A stretch of DNA of 64,000 nt from Rikenellaceae bacterium (lineage in GTDB: Bacteria > Bacteroidota > Bacteroidia > Bacteroidales > Rikenellaceae). A program made the position numbers and the translations under genes. The stretch is from positions 1,707-65,706 of the forward strand of contig JAWXTG010000007.1 in the NCBI GenBank assembly GCA_044433705.1, read 5' to 3'. Below are positions 50,117 to 59,137 of this stretch, piece by piece (position 1 is the stretch's first letter; every line of letters begins with the position of its first letter). The notes beneath the pieces are model-generated. The model searched no databases, was not told the DNA's origin, and worked only from the letters and a program-made list of their open reading frames with translations.

Positions 50117-50698
50117 ATGAAGAGGTTGTTGTTATTAGTGGTTGTAGCTCTTGGCGCACTATCGTGCTTCAAGGAGACTGGCTACGACACAAGTTATATA
50201 CTCCGCGTATGGGAGCAGACCGAGAGTTCTGCCGACTACATATCCTTAGCTGGGGCTAAGTGCTACGCCTTTGCGGGCTCCAAAAGTGAGTGGGAGGTTA
50301 CCAGCTACGAGAGTGCCGCTGCGGGTGTGGTCACCTCGATCGAGACGGGGGCCGAGCTCACGGCATTTGCCTCCTCGGAGATCTACAACGGCGATGAGTC
50401 GCAGCTCATCCTGCAGCTCGATCGCGAAGAGGTGATGCTGGTGTTGGTCGAACCCTCGACGCAGGTCTACGCCTACACCAACTACACGGTGCCTGTCAAC
50501 TACCTCGAAATTATTGTCGACATCGTCTTCCGTCCGTGGAAAGATTCATCCTACACGGCTAGTACATGGACATTTATAGTGCCTGAGTCGGAGGCCGAAG
50601 AGGAGGAGACCGATGAGGAGATCGAAGATGATGAAATCATTGATGATGAGCAGATTGAAGACGACACAGAGTCGACCGACGACCAAATTAGCGAATAA
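50117..50698 (+). CDS. Hypothetical lipoprotein with acidic tail
   Basis: Lipobox ALSC; lies within the operon. Confidence 0.65.
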   Translation: MKRLLLLVVVALGALSCFKETGYDTSYILRVWEQTESSADYISLAGAKCYAFAGSKSEWEVTSYESAAAGVVTSIETGAELTAFASSEIYNGDESQLILQLDREEVMLVLVEPSTQVYAYTNYTVPVNYLEIIVDIVFRPWKDSSYTASTWTFIVPESEAEEEETDEEIEDDEIIDDEQIEDDTESTDDQISE

Positions 50699-50709
50699 GG
50701 AAATAAGAT

Positions 50710-52728
50710 ATGAAACTCACAAAAAAACAGACTGTAGGCGCAATGCGCACGGTGGTAGTGATGCTCTTTTTCAGTGCATTCTTCTCTCGTTGTGCCTCGG
50801 TTCTTTCGCCCACGGGAGGCCCCAAGGACACCTTGCCACCAGTGATAATTTCACTCGTGCCAGATAACTACACCACTAATTTTGAGGCAGATAAGATCTT
50901 TATAGAGTTCGATGAATTTGTTCAGATCAAGGATCAACAGAAGGAGTTTTTCACCTCGCCCGCGATGAAAAAGACCCCTACGCTCACCACGCGCGGGCGT
51001 GGTATTGTGGTGACTATCAAGGATACTCTACTCGAGAATACCACCTATGCGCTCAACTTCGGTAGCTCGATCCAGGACAACAACGAGAGCAATCCGCTCA
51101 ACGCGATGCGTTATGTCTTTTCGACGGGACCCGCCATCGATTCGATGATCGTATCGGGCTATACGGCAGATAGTTACAAGGCCGACTCGGTGAGTAAGAG
51201 CTTTATCTACTTCTTCATCGCCGATTCGCTCGAGAATGTCGCTGAGTATGACTCGACGCTCTTTAAATATAAACCAGCGGCGATTGCTCGCGCCGAGAAG
51301 AACGGAATCTTTATTGCGCAGAACCTCAAGCCAATAAGCTATCGCGCCTACGCCATTGAGGATACCAACGACAACCAGATGTATGAGCCAGGAACCGACA
51401 AGGTGGGCTTCCTAGGTGAGGATATCGCGCCCCAAGATCTGCCAGGTTTTGGAATCTGGTACGACTCGATCCGCCGATACCCCGTTGCCGATCCGCAACT
51501 CTACTTCCGCATGTTCACCGACGTGGCCTTCAAGCGTCAGATCTTGCAGGAGAGCGCCCGCCCATTGCAGCACAAAGCGATGCTCTATTTTGGCGCTCCG
51601 AATCCCGAAATTGAGTCGATCACCTTCGATTCACTCGCTCAGGATCAGGTGATTGTCGACTATCAGACGCGCAATCGCGACACCGTGGCGCTCTGGTTCA
51701 ACGCCCCTGCGGCGCAGTTGCCCGACACCATTCGTACGTATGTGACCTACTATAAACACGACTCTATCAACAACTTAGTACTCAATATCGACACTCTCAA
51801 GTTGGCGTGGCGCCTGATCGAGACCAAGGAGATGGAGAAGCAGCGCCTGGAGAAAGAGGCGCAGCGCGACGCGGCATTGGCCATTGGCGAGGAGTGGAAA
51901 GATCCAGACAACCCATTTAAATTTAAGCTACCGCTCACGGGCGAGGTCAACCCCGAGCGCCACCTTACGATCGATTTCGACTATCCGCTCACCTCGATCG
52001 ACACAACTAAGCTGCTGCTCACGCGCATGGATCCCGACAGTTTGATCACCGATATGGTCATCGATCTGGAGCGCGACACGGCCAACCTGCGCCGCTACTA
52101 CATCCGCTCGAAGTGGGGCTCGCCCACCGATAGATATACGCTCACCATCCCTGAGGGTACGTTTACCGATGTTGCAGGCTTCAAAAACGACTCACTTGTA
52201 GGTAGTTACACAGTTTCAGATCCCGAGAAATATGCAACAGTTCTCATCCACTTGAGAGCCCGCGACTCGCTCAATGCCCGCTACATAATCCAGCTGCTCG
52301 ATGGCAGTAGTAAGTTGCTCGAGGAGAAGCGAAATTTGGAGGCGGGAGATGTGAGATTCAACTACGTACCTGCGGGCGAGATCCGCTTCCGCATAATCGA
52401 GGATCGCAACGGCAACGGCATCTGGGATACGGGTAACGTTGTGGAGCGTCGCCAGGCCGAACGAAGCGAAATTTATAGCTCGAATGGCGAGGATACCTTC
52501 GCCACCAAGATCAATTGGGAGGTTGAACTAGAGATGGATATGGGTGTGATCTTCGCCCCCGTCACCATGGATCTGCTGGTCAAAACTCTCGACGATAGGG
52601 AGCGTCAGCGCGCCGAAAAACAGCGCATTTTAGATGCCGAGGCGGCAGCTAAACGTCTTCAGGATCAGAACAAAAGCTCATCGTCGGGCTCGGGCTTCAA
52701 TATGAGCAACTTAACCAGCCAATTTTAA
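50710..52728 (+). CDS. Ig-like (Big_5) domain lipoprotein
   Basis: CA...PTGGPKDTLPP, FDEF, NTTY.LNFG..I.DNNE.N, D.NGNG.WDTG. Confidence 0.8.
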   Translation: MKLTKKQTVGAMRTVVVMLFFSAFFSRCASVLSPTGGPKDTLPPVIISLVPDNYTTNFEADKIFIEFDEFVQIKDQQKEFFTSPAMKKTPTLTTRGRGIVVTIKDTLLENTTYALNFGSSIQDNNESNPLNAMRYVFSTGPAIDSMIVSGYTADSYKADSVSKSFIYFFIADSLENVAEYDSTLFKYKPAAIARAEKNGIFIAQNLKPISYRAYAIEDTNDNQMYEPGTDKVGFLGEDIAPQDLPGFGIWYDSIRRYPVADPQLYFRMFTDVAFKRQILQESARPLQHKAMLYFGAPNPEIESITFDSLAQDQVIVDYQTRNRDTVALWFNAPAAQLPDTIRTYVTYYKHDSINNLVLNIDTLKLAWRLIETKEMEKQRLEKEAQRDAALAIGEEWKDPDNPFKFKLPLTGEVNPERHLTIDFDYPLTSIDTTKLLLTRMDPDSLITDMVIDLERDTANLRRYYIRSKWGSPTDRYTLTIPEGTFTDVAGFKNDSLVGSYTVSDPEKYATVLIHLRARDSLNARYIIQLLDGSSKLLEEKRNLEAGDVRFNYVPAGEIRFRIIEDRNGNGIWDTGNVVERRQAERSEIYSSNGEDTFATKINWEVELEMDMGVIFAPVTMDLLVKTLDDRERQRAEKQRILDAEAAAKRLQDQNKSSSSGSGFNMSNLTSQF

Positions 52729-52739
52729 ACGGAGAGAGT

Positions 52740-53627
52740 ATGAAGAGATTGATTTTTTTAATGTTGGTTCTGCTTGGCTCGGCGCTTTCGCTGCAGGGTC
52801 AGAACACCTTTGGAATTTCGCAGGGCTTCGGCTCGGGAGCCGTTCGAGCCTACCCGTCGATCGAGACAAAATCGATCTACGGATTCTCGACCACCTCGCT
52901 GATGTGGCGTAACTACACGGCTGAGCCATACCTTGGCTGCTTCGGTATCGATGTGGAGCTTATGCAGCGCGGTTTCGCCTACGCACCCTACACCTCGACG
53001 AACAACACGGACGACGACCGCGACGCAAAAGACCTATTGTACTACTACCGCTACATCAATTCGGTTATGGTGCCAATAATCTGGCAGCCATATGTTTACA
53101 TGTTTCATAATCGCGTGCGAGTATTCGCCGACGCCGCCGTTACCTTTAGCTATAACTACTCGTCGACCTACAAAAATGACCTCTATAACTCCTACGGTTA
53201 CGACGACGATACATGGAAAGGCACCTACGAAATGCGCGAGGAGCGCGATAACATTTGGGGCTACGGATTGGCCTTTGGCGCAGGTATCACATACCTGATC
53301 GATCGCCTCGAGGTTCAGGCCAGCATGCGCTACTACTTCGGCTACTCCGACACCCTGAAGAACCGCAACAAGTACTACACCAACGAAACAGATGGTCCTG
53401 ATAACCCGTTTAGTTACACTCCTTTACGCTCGCCAATCGACAACTTCAACTTCAAGATTGGAGTTAGCTACAGGGTGGGACGCGACAGCGGTTACGCGGC
53501 GTGGTACACCAAACGATACAAGAGCACGGGTCTGCGCGACGGCTTCGAGTACGACGGCTCCGACCAGAAGGTCTCGAGCCCCGCACAAGGCGCAAAATCA
53601 CAAAGCAGATCACAAAATAGAAGATAA
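52740..53627 (+). CDS. Outer membrane beta-barrel protein
   Basis: Signal peptide, alternating aromatic strands, RYYFGYSD. Confidence 0.7.
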   Translation: MKRLIFLMLVLLGSALSLQGQNTFGISQGFGSGAVRAYPSIETKSIYGFSTTSLMWRNYTAEPYLGCFGIDVELMQRGFAYAPYTSTNNTDDDRDAKDLLYYYRYINSVMVPIIWQPYVYMFHNRVRVFADAAVTFSYNYSSTYKNDLYNSYGYDDDTWKGTYEMREERDNIWGYGLAFGAGITYLIDRLEVQASMRYYFGYSDTLKNRNKYYTNETDGPDNPFSYTPLRSPIDNFNFKIGVSYRVGRDSGYAAWYTKRYKSTGLRDGFEYDGSDQKVSSPAQGAKSQSRSQNRR

Positions 53628-53643
53628 ACACAATTAAATAGAT

Positions 53644-53994
53644 ATGATGAATACAGAGACGACACGTCAACAAAAAGTTTCGAAGCAGATACAGCGAGAC
53701 ATAGCCGAGATCTTCCAACGCGAAGCGGCGCCAATAGTTAAAGGCATCCTTATTACCGTCACTGCGGTGAGGGTTTCGCCCGATTTGAGCTATGCGAAGA
53801 TCTACGTGAGCATCTTCCCATTCGACCGCCACGACGCGGTGATGAAGAGCCTCAAAGAGAATATTTGGCTGATACGCAAGGCGTTAGGTGCACGCATCAA
53901 GAGCCAGCTAAAGGTGGTTCCCGAGATCGATTTCTTCCTCGACGACTCGTTGGAGTATATCGAAGGAATCGACCGCGCAATGCAGCAGGATTAG
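53644..53994 (+). CDS. rbfA: Ribosome-binding factor A
   Basis: TRQQKV, TVTAVRVSPDLSYAKIYVS, PEIDFFLDDSL. Confidence 0.95.
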   Translation: MMNTETTRQQKVSKQIQRDIAEIFQREAAPIVKGILITVTAVRVSPDLSYAKIYVSIFPFDRHDAVMKSLKENIWLIRKALGARIKSQLKVVPEIDFFLDDSLEYIEGIDRAMQQD

Positions 53995-54009
53995 TGTAAA
54001 TTGGCAGCT

Positions 54010-55206
54010 ATGTTCCTGTTTGTCAAGCGATACCTCTTCGCGAAGAAGTCCCATTCGGTGGTAAATGTAATTACCGCCCTTAGCTTGGTGTCGATATCGC
54101 TACCTGTGGCTGCAGTGATCATTCTGCTCTCGGTTTTTAATGGCTTTGGAGATCTGCTGCAGCTGACGCAACGTGCTGTAGATCCAGATGTTACCATCGT
54201 GCGAACGAAGGGTAACTTCTTTAAAATCGACGACGTAGACCGCCAAGCAATCGAGTCGATCGAGGGGGTCGAGGCGCTTTCGTTTGTCGCCGAGCAGACC
54301 ATGCTCATCCGCCACCAGGGGCGCCAGGTGGTTGCAACGCTGCGTGGTGTCGATTCAGCTTTTGTCAGCGTGGTGCCGCTCGACGAGAATATCTCGAAGG
54401 GCGAATATCGTGTGACGCTTGGTGAGCTCGATCGCATAATGCTTTCGCGCTCAATGGCTTACAGGCTTGCTGCGAACCACATTGTCGACCGTTTCTTGGA
54501 TCTATATGCGCTCAAAGATAGCGGCTTCTCCTCGCTGCTACCCATGTCGAACTACTCGCAGAGAAGTATCAAATTGGCGGGACTCTACACCTCGGATATG
54601 CAGAGCGAGGAGCGCTACGCAATCACTTCGTTGAGAGCTGTTCAGCGTCTCACATCGATGGAGGGCAAGGCGACGCAGCTCTTGGTTGGTCTCGCAGAAG
54701 AGGCTGATCAGAAGGTAGTTATGGCAAAATTACGGGAGACGCTGGGTGATGATTTTGAGGTGAAGAGTCGTTACGATCTCAACCCAATGCTGTACGATAT
54801 CATCGAGTATGAGAAGTGGGGCGTGCTATTTATCTCGATCCTGATTATGCTGCTTGCCTCATTCACACTTATCGGTGCCCTCTCGATGCTCATTATCGAG
54901 AAGCGCGATAATATTGCCACGCTGCGCGCGATGGGTGGCTCGTGGGATTTTGTCCGCAATATTTTCTTTGGCGAGGGGCTGCTAATCAGCGCGGTAGGTG
55001 TTGGATTGGGCGCAGTGATTGGCTCCGCGGTGACCCAACTGCAGAAAACTTTTGGGTTGGTGAAGATCCCCGCTCAAACATTTATGACTGACCATTACCC
55101 TGTGAGCCTGCACTTTGCGGACATCGTGATCGTGGTTCTGTTGTCGCTGACAATCTCTGTGGCGCTCTCCTATATTGTTGTTAGACAAATGATTAAAAAA
55201 GAATAA
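54010..55206 (+). CDS. LolC/E (FtsX-like) ABC permease
   Basis: RYLFAKKSH, LSVFNGF, LIIEKR..ATLRAMG, YPV. Confidence 0.85.
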   Translation: MFLFVKRYLFAKKSHSVVNVITALSLVSISLPVAAVIILLSVFNGFGDLLQLTQRAVDPDVTIVRTKGNFFKIDDVDRQAIESIEGVEALSFVAEQTMLIRHQGRQVVATLRGVDSAFVSVVPLDENISKGEYRVTLGELDRIMLSRSMAYRLAANHIVDRFLDLYALKDSGFSSLLPMSNYSQRSIKLAGLYTSDMQSEERYAITSLRAVQRLTSMEGKATQLLVGLAEEADQKVVMAKLRETLGDDFEVKSRYDLNPMLYDIIEYEKWGVLFISILIMLLASFTLIGALSMLIIEKRDNIATLRAMGGSWDFVRNIFFGEGLLISAVGVGLGAVIGSAVTQLQKTFGLVKIPAQTFMTDHYPVSLHFADIVIVVLLSLTISVALSYIVVRQMIKKE

Positions 55207-55207
55207 A

Positions 55208-56050
55208 ATGAAGAGATTCATAACTTTGATACTGCTTTCTGTTGCAGCACTTTGCACCTCTTGCTTGCGGCGCACGACCATCCCCGATGAGGAGCTGGCT
55301 CTGATCTTCCGCGATGCCTTTTTGGTCAACGCCTATGTGCTTGAGCATAAGGTCAATTTCGACACGCTGCAGGTCTATCAACCGATCTTCGATAAGTACG
55401 GCTACACCTCGGAGGATGTGGCCTACACCGTGGGTAGCTTCTCGAAGCGAAAAAGTGCCCGCCTGAGCGACGTTGTGGAGCGCGCTATCGTGCTGTTGGA
55501 GAAGGGCGAAGGGCTCTACAAGCATGAGGCTATGATCCTCGACTCGATCGATGTAAAGGCAATGCGATTAGCTACGCGTACCATATATAATGACGATCTG
55601 GTGGAGTTTCATTCGCTGAAAGATACCACAAAATTGCAGATTGAGCTCGATAGCTTACTGCCTGGTAAATACAAACTTAACTTCGACTATATAGTCGATT
55701 CGCTCGACACCAACCGCAGTAGCTACCGCACGCTAAGTTGGGTCGACACACCCAATTCGAAGAGCCGAAAGGGGCTCTCGACCTCCTATCTACGCAAGCG
55801 CTCGGACTCTTCGCATGAACGTACGTTCAACTTCGACACGCTCACCAGCAAGGTTGTAATCTTGCTGGCCGAGTCGTTCGAAACCAAGCGAAAACCCCAC
55901 GTCACCTTCAGCAATATCGAGGTTACCTATACCCCTCTGACCGAAATTGCCGTAGAGGAGTTGTTTAATAATAAGCTGGATATCAGAATTTTTGCCAATG
56001 ATTTCTTCGACCTGCAACCGACGGATAGCCTCGAACTACCTTCTCTATAG
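55208..56050 (+). CDS. Lipoprotein (DUF4296-like)
   Basis: Lipobox CTSC; IP..L..I..D.FL, IFDKYGY. Confidence 0.6.
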   Translation: MKRFITLILLSVAALCTSCLRRTTIPDEELALIFRDAFLVNAYVLEHKVNFDTLQVYQPIFDKYGYTSEDVAYTVGSFSKRKSARLSDVVERAIVLLEKGEGLYKHEAMILDSIDVKAMRLATRTIYNDDLVEFHSLKDTTKLQIELDSLLPGKYKLNFDYIVDSLDTNRSSYRTLSWVDTPNSKSRKGLSTSYLRKRSDSSHERTFNFDTLTSKVVILLAESFETKRKPHVTFSNIEVTYTPLTEIAVEELFNNKLDIRIFANDFFDLQPTDSLELPSL

Positions 56051-57140
56051 GGGTGAGTTATTGCGCAACGCTGTGGTCGAAGTCGACGCGGCGGGCAAGG
56101 TGCTCTCGGTTGGAAGCGTCGAGCGGCTCGATGCCCTATGCAACACCGAATTCTTCGCTGGATTGATGTTTGCGGGGATGGTTAACGCTCACTGTCACAT
56201 GGAGTTATCGCACCTGCGTGGGGCGATAACGCAGCAGTGCGGTTTTGCCTCATTTGCCGCTCAACTTTCGGCGTGTCGCAATACGTTCTCGGCCGAGGAT
56301 GTGCAGCGCGCCATCGCCCAAGCGGATCTTGATATGCGCCGCGAGGGGGTTGTCGCTGTGGCGGACATCGCCAACAGCTGCGACGCTTTCGCCGTCAAGG
56401 AGTCGAGCCCGATCCACTACCACACCTTCGCCGAGCACTTCGGCTTGCGCCGCAACTCGAGCGACCACCTTGGAGAGTTGCTATCGAGGGGTAACACCTC
56501 GCTCACGCAGCACTCAACATACTCAGTGAGTGACGGTTGCTTCCGCGCAATTGCTCAGGCAGGGTCGGTGCCTCTCTCCATCCACTTTATGGAGACCCCT
56601 GGCGAAAAGGGGCTATATGAGGGGCGTGGCGAGTTGCACGAGTGGTACCAAAAGGTCGGTTTCGAGTGCGATTTTTTGCATTATGGATCGCCAGCACGCC
56701 GAATTGTGGAGTGTGTGCCGCGCGATAGGAGTGTAATGTTGGTGCACAATGTAATGGTTGAAAAGGAAGATATAGAGCTGATTATGAATCACTTCACGGC
56801 TCCCGTATATTGGGTCTTGGCACCACGATCCAACCAATATATATCGGGGCGACGTCCGCCCGTTGAGCTACTCGCATCGCTGGGGCTCAATATTTGTGTT
56901 GGCACAGATTCACTCTCTTCCAACACCTCGTTATCGATGGTCGAGGAGCTGCGGGCCTTGGCGGGGATTCCCCTCGTGCAACGCCTTGAGTGGGCAACTA
57001 AAGTAGGGGCTAAAGCCCTGGGCCTCGATGAGTTAGGCGAGGTGGAGGTTGACAGGCGCCCCTCGCTCGTGGTACTCTCGGGGGTAGATTTCGAGCAGCA
57101 GGAGATAGGCGAAAGATGTAAAATTGAAAAAATTATATAG
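55998..57140 (+). CDS. Amidohydrolase-family metalloenzyme (deaminase-like)
   Basis: VNAHCHMELS, HSTYSV, SIHFME, GTDSLSSN. Confidence 0.85.
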   Translation: MISSTCNRRIASNYLLYRGELLRNAVVEVDAAGKVLSVGSVERLDALCNTEFFAGLMFAGMVNAHCHMELSHLRGAITQQCGFASFAAQLSACRNTFSAEDVQRAIAQADLDMRREGVVAVADIANSCDAFAVKESSPIHYHTFAEHFGLRRNSSDHLGELLSRGNTSLTQHSTYSVSDGCFRAIAQAGSVPLSIHFMETPGEKGLYEGRGELHEWYQKVGFECDFLHYGSPARRIVECVPRDRSVMLVHNVMVEKEDIELIMNHFTAPVYWVLAPRSNQYISGRRPPVELLASLGLNICVGTDSLSSNTSLSMVEELRALAGIPLVQRLEWATKVGAKALGLDELGEVEVDRRPSLVVLSGVDFEQQEIGERCKIEKII

Positions 57141-57155
57141 AGTAAAATATTGACT

Positions 57156-58670
57156 ATGAAACGGTTATTTTTAGCGATAATTATTGCGATGGCGTCGATT
57201 GCTTGCGGCGGCAGATCGACCGAGAGCAGCTACTTTGTTACCCCCGAAGGTGACTCAATATCAACTGATTACCTCATTGGCGAGCGCCGTGTAGGCGACA
57301 TCGAGCGTGGCGCAACGGTTAAGCGACTCAACAAGCTCTATGGCGAAAATTACGTCAAGCAGCTCAAGGATCCCTCGCAGGAGTTCAAGACCGACAGCAA
57401 CACCGTGGCCACCTACTACGTCTACAACGAGGAGAACCATCTGCTGATGATTGCGCGCACCGAGGAGTCGATCGGCGATGCCGAAGTGAAGTCGTTAGTG
57501 CTTAAGGATAAGCGCTTTATAACCGCCAAAGGTATCACGCGAAACTCTACCGTTGATGAGGTTCGCCAGGCCTATCCCGACGCCATGGTGATTCAATACG
57601 AGAACCGTTTCTTCGTCTACGTCGCCTCGCTAGACCTCTATTTCAGGATCGACGAGAGCAATATCAGGGGTGTCGACTCCGAGTTTATCATCGATATTCC
57701 CATCGACAGCCTCCGTGGCTCCGCCCATTTCGAGAATATGTCGGTGAGCTGGAACAGCAACAACACCAACATCCTGACGTCTCAATTTTGGAGCGACATG
57801 ATCACCCGCATAATTAAGTGGACGATCTACGAATTACCCTCTATCCTCTTCATTATCATCATCTTCGCTCTGGCTAAGCGCCTTCTGAACTTTGTATTTA
57901 AGAAGATTAAGCTGGTGGCTCGCAACCGACTCGAGGATGACAACACCATCGACAGCGACGAGGCACTTAAGCGCATAGATACCATCACGGGAATTCTGCT
58001 AGGTGTGCTTAACATCTTGATATGGAGCATTTTCACACTTATTCTACTCTCGAAATTTAACATCAACATTGCCCCCATCCTGGCCAGTGCTGGAATCTTG
58101 GGTCTAGCAGTCGGATTTGGAGCGCAAGAGCTTGTGCGCGACTTCATCTGCGGATTTTTCATCCTCCTCGAGGATCAACTTCGCACAGGCGACATGGCCA
58201 TAATCAACGGCACAACGGGCGTGGTCGAGAAGATCGAGCTTCGCACAGTGACCCTCCGCGACCCCTCGGGCGTGGTGCACATCTTCCAGAATGGCAAGAT
58301 CGACACCCTATCCAACATGACCAAGGAGTGGTCGGCGATAATTCTCGAGATCGGCGTGGCCTACAAGGAGAATGTCGACCACGTGATTGCCATAATGAAA
58401 GAGGTGGGCGCCGAACTCCGCGCAAGTAAATTTGGCGAAATGATGCTCAACGACGTTGAAATCTGGGGCCTCGACTCATTCGGCGACAGCGCCGTAGTGA
58501 TTAAAATGGTGATCAAGACCCGCCCCATGAAGCAGTGGCGCGTAAAGCGTGAATATCAACGACTTCTAAAGATCCGCTTCGACGCCGAAGGCATCGAAAT
58601 ACCATTCCCTCATGTCACACTCTACACTGGCGAGCAGACAAAACCTATGCCTATCGACATTAAGAAGTAG
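57156..58670 (+). CDS. mscS: Mechanosensitive channel MscS with N-terminal lipoprotein domain
   Basis: LASAGILGLAVGFGAQ.LV.D, G.VE.I.LR, IEIPFP; N-terminal lipobox SIAC. Confidence 0.85.
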   Translation: MKRLFLAIIIAMASIACGGRSTESSYFVTPEGDSISTDYLIGERRVGDIERGATVKRLNKLYGENYVKQLKDPSQEFKTDSNTVATYYVYNEENHLLMIARTEESIGDAEVKSLVLKDKRFITAKGITRNSTVDEVRQAYPDAMVIQYENRFFVYVASLDLYFRIDESNIRGVDSEFIIDIPIDSLRGSAHFENMSVSWNSNNTNILTSQFWSDMITRIIKWTIYELPSILFIIIIFALAKRLLNFVFKKIKLVARNRLEDDNTIDSDEALKRIDTITGILLGVLNILIWSIFTLILLSKFNINIAPILASAGILGLAVGFGAQELVRDFICGFFILLEDQLRTGDMAIINGTTGVVEKIELRTVTLRDPSGVVHIFQNGKIDTLSNMTKEWSAIILEIGVAYKENVDHVIAIMKEVGAELRASKFGEMMLNDVEIWGLDSFGDSAVVIKMVIKTRPMKQWRVKREYQRLLKIRFDAEGIEIPFPHVTLYTGEQTKPMPIDIKK

Positions 58671-58680
58671 TTCTCTTTCT

Positions 58681-59003
58681 GTGCGCTTACAACTGACTCC
58701 GTCGGGCGGAAAAAAGCACCTCCGAATGACTAAACTAATTCATAATGAATAATTTATAATGCATAATTGGTGTTGAACCTAAGGTGTTTATAATTCGAAT
58801 TGGGTTTAAATGCCTTTAGGCATTTAATAAATTTTAGAATAGAATAGGCTGCGCAAATTTATTTGTGGCGGCCTATTGTGTTCTAAAATCATAGAGTTTT
58901 AGCAGAAAACTCTATGCCCAATACGCGAGATAATAAGCACCCGCGCAGGTGCTATCTGCGCCCGACGGAGTCAGACCTAGGCCGACCCAGGCCAACCCAG
59001 GCC
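58681..59003. repeat. Structured intergenic repeat, copy 5 (module B deleted)
   Basis: Partial left end motif fused to CCGAATGAC, five heptamers, module A, full right end motif, decamer repeats. Confidence 0.92.
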
Positions 59004-59092
59004 TAAAAAAATCCCCATAAATAGTTATTTTCTCTTAAAAACGGCTAAAAAAATAGCTTTCTATAGCGATTGTTGCACGTTGGTATATTCCA

Positions 59093-59100
59093 TACCTTTG
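59093..59100 (+). promoter_or_regulatory. -7 promoter element (TACCTTTG)
   Basis: TAnnTTTG 38 bp upstream of the TonB receptor start. Confidence 0.55.
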
Positions 59101-59137
59101 CACTCGGAAAAAACAGTTGAAAATTAGAGAAAAATAG

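Noticed and set aside
59005-59137. Fur box or cobalamin riboswitch upstream of the second TonB receptor
   Set aside because: No convincing palindrome or riboswitch consensus, and the leader is only ~30 nt
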